NCBI GenBank assembly: GCA_021650915.1
Contig: CP091279.1
Coordinates: forward strand, 2,070,001 to 2,102,000
DNA: 32,000 nucleotides
Direction of reading: 5' to 3'
From: Candidatus Brocadia sp.
GTDB taxonomy: Bacteria > Planctomycetota > Brocadiia > Brocadiales > Brocadiaceae
Shown here: positions 15,518 through 23,702 of the stretch, piece after piece
Layout of the letters: every line of letters starts with the position of its first letter
How positions within the stretch are numbered: position 1 is the first letter of the stretch
Made by a program: the position numbers and the translations under genes
The notes under the pieces: generated by a model
Told to the model about the DNA's origin: nothing
Databases searched by the model: none
The model's input: the letters and a program-made list of their open reading frames with translations, nothing else

Positions 15518-17620
15518 GTGCGAGGTGCGGTTGGTAGGTTAAATTTCTAAGAGTTTGTGCGATAGCGGTTCTCCCCAGTGAGCGAAAGATGCTGATGATG
15601 CAATTTTTGAGGGAGGCGTGCCTTGAAGTATGGGATACCTAAGTGGTTGAAAATATCACCTCTGCGAGCCTAAATCCTCGTAGAGAAGTTTGTACCTATG
15701 CGTATACAAAGGAGCAATCCGTGTGCGTAGAAGGATAGCGTATTCCCGTGAGGGGTATGACGGAGTTACGAGGTACAGACGACCTTTTGGGGTGTATGAG
15801 TATGGCGTGTTAGTTCGTGCCAACTGCCCTTTCTCAGTGAAGCACTGACAATGTCCCTGTTGGAGATGTCAAAAAAAAGACCTGGTGAAAACATCTCTGG
15901 ATAATGCGTTTGAACATACATCACGAAGGGAAAAGGGGTAATCCATATGACCGGGGGAGGACTTACGTCTTGGGAAGAAATTCCCTAACAGCGAGGTATA
16001 AGGGAAATCCGAAATCCAAGCTGTATGAGATGGTGACAGACGACTGGCTCTCACAGGTCTGTCTTTGAAGTCGTCAGCAGTGCTCATAATAGTTTCTGGT
16101 GTAAGCCAGGAATGAAGGGGCATAACCGTAGTGGAGTTGATGAAACGTGGTAGATTGAATACGTTCCATGAGAAAAGAGACTCTTTGCATGGGCAAGTAG
16201 TAGCAAGAGACTCTCTTGTTTTGCCTCTGTCAGGAGGAATCTCGACTCAGGAAACACGATTGACAAGTCTATTATCCGGAATCAATCAAAAGGAACATAT
16301 CGGGAGATGCTTAAGTATCATTCTTTAAGAGACAAGGTATTCAGTCTGAGAAACCTTTATGCGGCTTTTGGGCACGTAAAGAAGAATAAAGGCAAGGCTG
16401 GTCTCGACAGGGTAAGTATTAAGCAGTTTGAAAGTGACCTTGAGAATAACATACAAACTATTCACAGGGAACTGAAAACCGCCATATACAACCCTGCACC
16501 CGTCCTAAGGGTCTACATTCCCAAAGGCAGGCATGACAAGAGACCTCTTGGCATTCCCATTGTCAAGGACAGGGTGGTACAGCAGGCGTTCAGACAAATC
16601 ATAGAGCCAATATTCGAGAAAGAATTCTCGGATAACAGCTTTGGATTTCGTCCAAACAGATGCTGTCATGATGCTATCAAACGGATTGAACAGTATAAGC
16701 AGCAAGGGTATCGGAACATTTTGGACGCCGATATAAAGGCGTTCTATGACACCATACCTCATAAGCTTATCATGAACTCCTTGCGTGAGAAAATCGCTGA
16801 CGGATGGGTTTTGAACAGTATCGAGAACATGCTCAAGGCAGGGGTCATGGAGAACGGCATCGTGCATGAGACAAATCAAGGCACTCCGCAAGGAGGCGTC
16901 ATATCCCCCTTGCTTGCAAACCTTATCGGTGACATCATCGACAAGGAGCTTGAAAAGGCAGGATATAAATTTGTCCGCTATGCCGATGACTTCGTTGTCA
17001 TGACTAAAACGAAAGAAGAACTCCCTGCCGCCCTTCAGTACGTCAAGGAAATCATCGAAGGGAAACTTGAAATGAAGCTGAACGAGGATAAAACCAGGCT
17101 CACCAACTTCAAACGAGGCTTCCGGTTTCTCGGATATAATTTCATGGGCAAGAACAAGGGTGTAAGCATGAAATCCCTGGACAAACTCAAGGACGCCGTC
17201 AGGGACATCACCAAACGCACACAAGGCGTCAATCTGCAAGCCGTCATTGATACATTAATCCTGTCATAAGGGGACATGTCAACTATTTTCGGCTGGGCAA
17301 TGTACAAACGGTATATCGCTCGTTAGACTGCTGGGTACGCATGAGACTGAGAAGTTTCAAGTTTTCGAGAAAATGGAAAACTGACAACAAACGTTTCCCG
17401 GTACACCGATTCTTTAAGATGGGGTTACTCTCATTTGAAAGAGAATTTCTTAAGGCACGTGCGAAGGCATGATAGTTTACTTTTCTCTGCTCCAGAGCAA
17501 CACTATGGGGTCGCTAACTACGGGAAAGCCGTATGGTTTAAAAGGATACTTTGTCACGTTGTCCAAAGTATCTGGCGACGATTGGGGGTTGGAGGCGGTT
17601 CGCCTCCTTCCTACCAGCTA
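15518..17620 (+). mobile_element. group II intron (boundaries approximate, probably decayed)
   Basis: GUGCG 5' consensus candidates occur at 15518, 15525 and 15557. About 750 nt of non-coding, structure-rich sequence precedes an RT/maturase ORF, as expected for domains I-IV. I could not identify convincing domains V/VI or the 3' splice site downstream of the ORF. Confidence 0.7.
16307..17472 (+). pseudogene. group II intron-encoded reverse transcriptase/maturase, interrupted by a 1-nt frameshift near 17255
   Basis: RT motifs are present: RPLGIPIVKDRVVQQA, FGFRPNRCCHDA, GTPQGGVISPLLANL and VRYADDFVVM (YADD). The ORF stops at 17267-17269. The frame starting at 17257 continues NPVIRGHVNYFRLGNVQTVYRSLDCWVRMRLR...*, the maturase X domain, and ends with TGA at 17470-17472. 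There is no endonuclease domain. Confidence 0.85.
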
Positions 17621-17702
17621 TGCGAACATTTTCGTACTTCCCCCTGCATGCGTCAAGAGGGTAGGTCGGCACTACAAGCCGTTTTGAAAATTCACCCCTT
17701 GA

Positions 17703-18110
17703 ATTTCAAGGCTTTCCAGGCGACTCTTGCCCAAAAATAAACTTTTTTGGACGCGAATTGCGAAAGCCGGGCTAATTACCAACTACCTGCTCCGTTGGGG
17801 CATTGAACACTGTTTCAAGGAATTAAAGGACACCTTTTGCTTTGATCACTACCAGTTCAGACATATCAACAAGATTGAGAGATACTGGAACCTCTGTCTT
17901 GTTGCATGGACTCTCACCTACTGGATCAAACAAAATGCCTATTTTGCGAAAATCCTTGAAACGAAACCCACCACCTTCAACGAGATCAAACAAGCTGTCA
18001 ATACTATGCTCGAATTCGCCGCCACCAATGCCTTATCAAAGAACGAAAAACTTGCCAATGGCTATTTTAAAATTAAATCCAAACGCCTTAAGAAAAAATG
18101 CGCCGCTTAA
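17703..18110 (+). pseudogene. C-terminal fragment of an IS4-family DDE transposase
   Basis: NYLLRWGIEHCFKELK matches the IS4 Y-(2)-R-(3)-E-(6)-K signature that contains the catalytic Glu. Only about 130 codons are open. No N-terminal DD region or terminal inverted repeats were found. Confidence 0.7.
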
Positions 18111-18348
18111 ATTTTTAACAAAGTAATGTACCAAGAAAAGGGCAGTATTAAAAGGGTTCGAGCGCTGCGTATTAAAATACAAAACGAAGCACGCAATCTT
18201 GAAACTGTTCTAACAACTCCTGCTTCTCGACAGACAGGCTGCCATAATTTCAAAGAACAAATATTGCATTCAGATGAAATTACTTAATCGAACAACGCTG
18301 ACTTGCACTTATATTTGACGTAGTCTTGGGGGGCCAACAAATTGTCTC

Positions 18349-18376
18349 TTGACAATATGGAATTACAAGTTATAAT
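18349..18376 (+). promoter_or_regulatory. near-consensus sigma70 promoter (TTGACA-16 nt-TATAAT)
   Basis: TTGACA at 18349-18354, a 16-nt spacer, then TATAAT at 18371-18376. The predicted start is about 18383, roughly 130 nt upstream of the amidase ATG. Confidence 0.6.
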
Positions 18377-18380
18377 TATT

Positions 18381-18460
18381 GCACGATAATGGCAAACTTC
18401 GAGTGATCGGGGGACGCAAAGGAAAGGGTCTTTAATCCGCAAAGATGGCATGCACCTGAC
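18381..18460 (+). promoter_or_regulatory. candidate c-di-GMP-I (GEMM-I)-like riboswitch aptamer in the amidase leader
   Basis: The order is GGCAAA (18391-96), then a 6-bp stem CUUCGA/UCGGGG capped by the GNRA loop GUGA (18397-18412), then GACGCAAAG (18413-21). This is the same order as the conserved GEMM-I core as I recall it. The 3' half (possible P3 at 18428-18446, weak P1) does not match the consensus well. Confidence 0.35.
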
Positions 18461-18513
18461 ATAAAAAAAGCTCTAGCTATAGCCAAGGTTTAAAGATAGC
18501 CCTCCTGCCGAAT

Positions 18514-19308
18514 ATGTTCTGTACGAATATTTTCACAGGAAGGCTGTTTTTATTTCTAGAGAATTTTTATTATGGCAGCATATATATGTATAGAAAAATA
18601 TTTTCCATACTGACGCGGAACTTAATAGGCTTTGGAAATAGAGCGGTACATCCCGGCGAAGGAATAATTCAATGTCTTTCGCTAACTATGATTATAATTG
18701 CGTCGGGGCTTTGCATTTCTTTGCTCTTTTTTCCCGGCGCAAAGGTTAAATGGGCTAATAGACATGTAACATTTGACAAGTCATTTCATGCGCAAAACCT
18801 CGATCATCTTTGTAACACTGATGTAAATCACAGACCATGGGAATATATTGTTATTCATCATAGCGCAACAACCAAGGGAAATGCAGCGCGATTTGATTAT
18901 TATCACCGGGAAAAAAGAAAATGGGAACATGGACTTGCCTATCATTTTGTTATCGGCAACGGATCTTTTTCCGGAGACGGAGAGATTGAAGTAGGAAACC
19001 GATGGAAAAGACAAATTCATGGAGCGCACACAGCAAATGCGGCATGCAACCGTGTGGCAATAGGGATTTGTCTGGTTGGTGATTTTGAAAATTCAGATAT
19101 TCCTACCGAGAACCAGATTGAGTCGTTGGTAAGACTTATTCAATATCTTTCCAGAAAATATAGTATTCCTTCATCAAATATATTACAACATAAACAGATA
19201 CATCAGAAATGTACAGCCTGCCCTGGTAAAAATTTTCCGTTTGCGGAAATTAAAACGAGATTACTGCAAATCGCATCGAAGAGAAACGATCTTATTCAAG
19301 AATTATAA
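18514..19308 (+). CDS. membrane-anchored N-acetylmuramoyl-L-alanine amidase (Amidase_2/PGRP fold)
   Basis: EYIVIHHSATTKGNAARFDYYHRE...LAYHFVIGNG...AIGICLVGDF...PTENQIESLVRLIQYL...LQHKQI...CPGKNFP. There is one N-terminal TM helix (LSLTMIIIASGLCISLLFF). The start codon is uncertain (18514 or 18586). Confidence 0.85.
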   Translation: MFCTNIFTGRLFLFLENFYYGSIYMYRKIFSILTRNLIGFGNRAVHPGEGIIQCLSLTMIIIASGLCISLLFFPGAKVKWANRHVTFDKSFHAQNLDHLCNTDVNHRPWEYIVIHHSATTKGNAARFDYYHREKRKWEHGLAYHFVIGNGSFSGDGEIEVGNRWKRQIHGAHTANAACNRVAIGICLVGDFENSDIPTENQIESLVRLIQYLSRKYSIPSSNILQHKQIHQKCTACPGKNFPFAEIKTRLLQIASKRNDLIQEL

Positions 19309-19322
19309 GATTCTTTTCCTGA

Positions 19323-19667
19323 TTATTTTTGTACCTTCAAAAGTTCTGCCTTTACGTTTTCAATAGACAGGCCGTAGCTTTTCCCATGTTCTTGCAATTT
19401 TTTATCAAATTGATAATTCCGGGCAGCCACGAATCCTAATCCGCCACCCTGGAAATATTCATATACCATAATGGTTTGTTCTGTTGTATCTACAAGATAG
19501 AACGGCTGTCTATTGCCTTGTCTCTCTCCTACAACGCCAAAGACATGCCGTGCATTCCCGTCCCCTTGCGCAACAACAAAATTTGTCGTGTTCTTGAAGA
19601 GTAATGTTATGGCGAGTAGTGCGATGAGAACCAGAAAGAGGGTATTTGTGCTAACCATTTTGTTCAT
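19323..19667 (-). CDS. small membrane-anchored/secreted hypothetical protein, last gene of the pil-like cluster
   Basis: 114 aa with an N-terminal hydrophobic segment (TLFLVLIALLAITLLF) and no lipobox Cys. It lies 60 nt downstream of the secretin gene on the same strand. No family recognised. Confidence 0.5.
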   Translation of the reverse strand: MNKMVSTNTLFLVLIALLAITLLFKNTTNFVVAQGDGNARHVFGVVGERQGNRQPFYLVDTTEQTIMVYEYFQGGGLGFVAARNYQFDKKLQEHGKSYGLSIENVKAELLKVQK

Positions 19668-19727
19668 AGTAATATCTCCGGGGTAACTGAAATATTTTCA
19701 TGTATCCGTGCTAAAAGAAAATGCCTG

Positions 19728-21938
19728 CTATTTATTTTTATTATTTGTATGTATCAGATTATTGGTTTTGTTTGTCAAACGGCCGAATAAGTTTCTTTCG
19801 TGTTCTTCTTTGATAAGGATCGTTGGTTTTAAAAGAATAATCAGATTTGTTTTATCATGAGTCTTCTGGTCACGGGTAAATAATCTTCTGAGCACAGGTA
19901 TATTGGATACAATAGGGATACCTGATGTGAGGTGATTTTTGGTGATTTCACCTAGACCACCAATCATGAGCGTTCCTTTGTCAGGCACGCAAACCGTTAC
20001 AGACAGTTGAGAAACATTTACCTGGGGCAACTGGATTATTTGATCAGGGGGAATGTTCGCGGTTGTATTGCCGCCTCCACTGAAGGTGGTTCCCGTACCT
20101 ACTCCACTAAACCGAAATTCAGTGATTGATTCAATCTGAAATACTGATGGGGTTACTTCCAAATGGACGGATCTCCTGTCTGCGCTCACAATGGGTCTCA
20201 CATCAAAGGTAGTGCCTTCTGGTATTGTACCGATAATAGGCGTCACAATACCCTCGGATACAGACGTGCTTTGGACGTAATTGGTAGTTTTCACAACAGA
20301 GATATTTCCCCGTTGAGTATTGGAAAGCGTTATTCGAGGTGAAGTAAGAATCTCAGAGTCTTTGCTTTCCTGGATGGCGCGCAAAAAGCCCGCCACGTTG
20401 CCTAAGATAGTATAATTAAAGCTAAAACCCGTAACGTCTGTACCACTGAGGTTACCGCCGATACTTTCCGCACCATTATCAATCTCCATATCACTGCTAA
20501 ACAATTCGTTTCCAATATCCTCAAGAAATTTGTCTGAAACAGTAATAAAGCGGGCTTCGATACTTACCTGAAGATTTTGTGACGACCTCAGAGAGGCCAG
20601 CAGATCTGCAATTTGCTCGTGGACGTATTTGCTGTTTACGATAACCAAATCGCCAGGTTGTCCCATCCTTGCAGTAATACTTCCTTCGCCTTGACCAACA
20701 ACAGCAATGTTTCGTTGGTCACCGCTCCCGTTAGCGCCAATAACACGGGCACGGTGTGACCACGATGACGGCTCAACCGTCGTTACAATCAATTCTATCA
20801 GATCATATATCCGTTCCGAGGGATCCTTTGTCCGGGCGACATCTCTCCTCCGCATGCTTAAATGGCTCGTGGCAGCGGCAGTAATGTCAAATTCAAGAGG
20901 TTCTTTATCATCGAGGTTGATGAGAATATCCCGCACGTCATAGACTCGTAGTTCCATTTTTTGTTTATAAACATGAATGATATCTCCTTCGATTACGTAT
21001 TCGTATCCGCTCGGCAAAATATATTTCATCGCTGTTCGTAATGACACATCTTTCAGCTTTAAGGTAACAGGTACATTTCCTGCGTCTGAATCGATGATCA
21101 TGTTGACGTTGGTTTTTTCTCGTACGAATATAATAATATCCTTTAATGCCGTATCCAAAAACTCGAATGAAATAATCGTATTCAGGGCATCTTCTATGAC
21201 TTGTGGCGTTGTTACCGTCTCGGATCCGTGGATTGTTCGTAGTTGTTCTGTTTTTCTTTTATTTTCCTCAACAACTTTCTCTAACTCCGGAAGGGTACGT
21301 TTTGAAATTTCACTCCATTGTTCTTTGGGAGGAAACCTTAAGATTTCCTGATGAGGGATTGCCGTCTCTCTGAGATATTCATGGCTCTTGAGTTTTTCTT
21401 GTTTATGCGTAGTCTTTAGACTTTCTGTAATCCTTTGATGTTTTATATCGTTTACCTTCTCTTTGATATATAATGCCTCTTTATGAATAGGATCTGTGGC
21501 AAGTATTACCTCAATCATTTGTAAGGCATTGTCATACTGCTCACCTTCTATAGCAGCATATACCTTTTGCAGTAACGCAGGGATATCCTTATGAGGATAC
21601 CCTGGGGTTTCAATTTTTTCTGGTAAGCCGTCTTCTGCTTCTGTCGCTACTTCATGTGGGGCTTTTTTTTCTCTTAAAAGTCGCTTGGATTCTTTCAATA
21701 GCGTTTGTGCTTCACTATTATTAGGCTCAAGAAGGATGGCTAATTCAAGTGCATCGATAGCCTTGGTGAAGTCATTCAGTCCAAGGTACATTTTTGCGGT
21801 CTTAAGGTAATAATTGTTAGCAGAAGCATGATTCGGCGCAGGACCATTGTTATTTTGTGCCAAGAGTTGGCGTGGCATTACACTGAGTAAAGATATACTC
21901 AGGACAACGATCAAGATTGGGATAATTATGCTCTTCAT
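19728..21938 (-). CDS. pilQ: secretin (PilQ/GspD family) with N-terminal TPR-like repeats
   Basis: The C-terminal secretin signature is GGLGEITKNHLTSGIPIVSNIPVLRRLFTRDQKTHDKTNLIILLKPTIL. It has a signal peptide. TPR-like helices (AKMYLGLNDFTKAIDALELAILLEPNNSEAQ and EGEQYDNALQMIEVILATDPIHKEAL) lie in the first ~165 aa. Confidence 0.9.
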   Translation of the reverse strand: MKSIIIPILIVVLSISLLSVMPRQLLAQNNNGPAPNHASANNYYLKTAKMYLGLNDFTKAIDALELAILLEPNNSEAQTLLKESKRLLREKKAPHEVATEAEDGLPEKIETPGYPHKDIPALLQKVYAAIEGEQYDNALQMIEVILATDPIHKEALYIKEKVNDIKHQRITESLKTTHKQEKLKSHEYLRETAIPHQEILRFPPKEQWSEISKRTLPELEKVVEENKRKTEQLRTIHGSETVTTPQVIEDALNTIISFEFLDTALKDIIIFVREKTNVNMIIDSDAGNVPVTLKLKDVSLRTAMKYILPSGYEYVIEGDIIHVYKQKMELRVYDVRDILINLDDKEPLEFDITAAATSHLSMRRRDVARTKDPSERIYDLIELIVTTVEPSSWSHRARVIGANGSGDQRNIAVVGQGEGSITARMGQPGDLVIVNSKYVHEQIADLLASLRSSQNLQVSIEARFITVSDKFLEDIGNELFSSDMEIDNGAESIGGNLSGTDVTGFSFNYTILGNVAGFLRAIQESKDSEILTSPRITLSNTQRGNISVVKTTNYVQSTSVSEGIVTPIIGTIPEGTTFDVRPIVSADRRSVHLEVTPSVFQIESITEFRFSGVGTGTTFSGGGNTTANIPPDQIIQLPQVNVSQLSVTVCVPDKGTLMIGGLGEITKNHLTSGIPIVSNIPVLRRLFTRDQKTHDKTNLIILLKPTILIKEEHERNLFGRLTNKTNNLIHTNNKNK

Positions 21939-21964
21939 GCAGACCTCTTTTTAAAAAGACACTG

Positions 21965-22765
21965 TTAATGAGTTGACCTTGTGTTGGCTACTGGACAAAC
22001 GGTAACCGTTTCTGTTCCCAATTTAACCAACTCTCCTATCCAGACATGATATGATTGCCCTTTTTCGTTTTCGAAGGCAATTTGTGAAGCTGCGACCGTG
22101 TGTTTTTCCTCTGTCATTGAGATTCCTAAAAAATGATCCTTTTCATCTCGAAGAACGGTAGCTTTTTTGGTAAAGAATGGTTTTGGCGCAAGAGGAGTGA
22201 TTTCTGTCAACCGGCAGTAAGTATGAAAATCCACAATTTCCGCCCCGATTTTTTTTCCTTCGCCGATTATTTCTCCTTTTCCAACGGTAAAACTTTCTGC
22301 CCACCATTGGTCTTTATAAAATTTCCTAACCTGAATCAATGCCATATCTGCAGTTCCTCCCTTGAGGATAAACTCTGTCGTTTCCTGGCTGACACCCTCA
22401 CTATCGGAAGATGGTTGTGCCTCTGATTTTTTTAGTAAATCTTTGGTTGTAATGCGCATATCGGATCCACCTGATGTGAGATTCCCGAAGAGGTGTGCTC
22501 GCAGTAAAAGACTTGCAGGGGGCGGGGTAGTAAGCCGGAATGCTAATTCTGCCGCATCTTTTCGGTCTGCACTTATCGAGGGAGAAACCTCTGTTTTCAG
22601 CTTTCTGTCGATGACGGTTGATAAAGAAAGCAATTTTGAATCAATATCAGGTATTTTTAAACGCGCTGTAATAAAGGCACAAATTATTGTATAGAGAAGA
22701 TAGCATACGCTAATACCAAGTATGAATTTTTCACCGTGTTTGAAGAGAAAATATTTCGTGCTCAT
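21965..22765 (-). CDS. membrane-anchored protein in the PilP position, with a PilP-like C-terminal pattern
   Basis: N-terminal TM helix (FILGISVCYLLYTIICAFITA), a low-complexity linker, then EFILKGGTADMALIQV...FTVGKGEIIGEG...VDFHTYCRLTEI, which resembles the PilP beta-sandwich pattern. The assignment is by pattern and synteny only. Confidence 0.45.
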   Translation of the reverse strand: MSTKYFLFKHGEKFILGISVCYLLYTIICAFITARLKIPDIDSKLLSLSTVIDRKLKTEVSPSISADRKDAAELAFRLTTPPPASLLLRAHLFGNLTSGGSDMRITTKDLLKKSEAQPSSDSEGVSQETTEFILKGGTADMALIQVRKFYKDQWWAESFTVGKGEIIGEGKKIGAEIVDFHTYCRLTEITPLAPKPFFTKKATVLRDEKDHFLGISMTEEKHTVAASQIAFENEKGQSYHVWIGELVKLGTETVTVCPVANTRSTH

Positions 22766-22773
22766 CGTTTTTA

Positions 22774-23688
22774 TTATGATTTATAGTCAATGACATACGC
22801 ATCAATAATAACGTCAGTAATAACTTGCGACACATTGTTGTTTGTATCTCTACTTACGGTATCCTCGTTTTCTTTAGGGAAGGTGTGACTCAGAATTTTA
22901 TCAGTACTCGAGATATTAACCCCCTCTATAACAAAAGGAACTGGAGATTTTAAAATATCATGGAGTAAAAATTGAATATAGTCGGCTTGCAATTCAACCT
23001 TCAGGGTAATGGGTATTGCGGTGTAAAGGCGCGAAAAAGAAGCGTTACCAGAACGGCAAGATTCCTGAAAGGTAATTTGCCCAAGCTTTGTAATTCCGCT
23101 GTTATTAAGAACAACATTCACAATCGCTTCTATGATCCAAAATCTCTTTTGGGCTGATAAAATGCTGTCCCACGCAGGTATTCCCGTCCCCCAATCTTGA
23201 AATGGCAAAGCATCATCATCCAGGGCAACATGATTTGCCTCTAACTTTGCCAATAATGCCGAAATCCTTTTCCCGTACTCGGTCTTCCAGAGCGCTTCGT
23301 CTTCAACCTTCACGAGCCCTTTCTCTGCGTCTTGTATCATAAAAACCGATTCCAGATGATCATCCATTCCCACAAGAAAAGATTTGCATTTTTCAATTTC
23401 TTTATGATAAAGCTCCGCCTCTTGTCTTTTTGAGGTGATCCAAGACTCATTATACAGCATTTTTTTTGCCGTGTACCTTTCAAGCGCGGCTGATAAATCC
23501 TCCACATTCTTGTAAGTCCGGGCATATTGCTTTGAAAGTGGAAAGACAAACGCAAACAAAAGCACCAACAAGGTGAAAAAAACTATACCCGTAATCCACC
23601 AAAAGTTCCGCATACGAACGAAAATACTTTGGCATATCTTTCGTATGTATTGAAAGTTTATATTCCGGACGCTCTTCATAAAGCACAA
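22774..23688 (-). CDS. bitopic membrane protein in the PilO position (TM, coiled coil, C-terminal alpha/beta domain)
   Basis: TM helix WWITGIVFFTLLVLLFAFVF, followed by a helical region and a globular C-terminus. It sits between the pilMN fusion and the PilP-like gene. No diagnostic motif, so the call rests on architecture and synteny. Confidence 0.45.
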   Translation of the reverse strand: MCFMKSVRNINFQYIRKICQSIFVRMRNFWWITGIVFFTLLVLLFAFVFPLSKQYARTYKNVEDLSAALERYTAKKMLYNESWITSKRQEAELYHKEIEKCKSFLVGMDDHLESVFMIQDAEKGLVKVEDEALWKTEYGKRISALLAKLEANHVALDDDALPFQDWGTGIPAWDSILSAQKRFWIIEAIVNVVLNNSGITKLGQITFQESCRSGNASFSRLYTAIPITLKVELQADYIQFLLHDILKSPVPFVIEGVNISSTDKILSHTFPKENEDTVSRDTNNNVSQVITDVIIDAYVIDYKS

Positions 23689-23702
23689 CCTACTATTTTT
23701 CT

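Noticed and set aside
223-17239. Long antisense or shadow ORFs inside strong genes (for example 223-639, 10037-10648, 12088-12378 and 16505-17239, all minus, and 20977-21351 plus)
   Set aside because: Each lies entirely within a confidently assigned gene on the opposite strand and shows low-complexity or atypical composition. These are typical shadow ORFs.
16307-17472. Reverse transcriptase as a retron, DGR or defence-associated (UG/Abi) RT
   Set aside because: The C-terminal frame encodes the group II maturase X motif (RGHVNYFRLGN...W.R.RLR). About 750 nt of structured non-coding RNA with GUGCG candidates precedes the ORF. No msr/msd-like repeats, template/variable repeat pair or effector gene is adjacent.
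17526-17556. AAGCCGUAUGG... as group II intron domain V
   Set aside because: The 5' strand resembles the DV consensus (GAGCCGUAU), but the required complementary 3' strand, 2-nt bulge and GNRA-capped upper helix cannot be formed. Only about 4 bp pair.
17435-17740. ORFs 17435-17740 and 17469-17687 (+)
   Set aside because: They lie in the non-coding 3' region of the intron, overlap each other in different frames, and have no recognisable motif.
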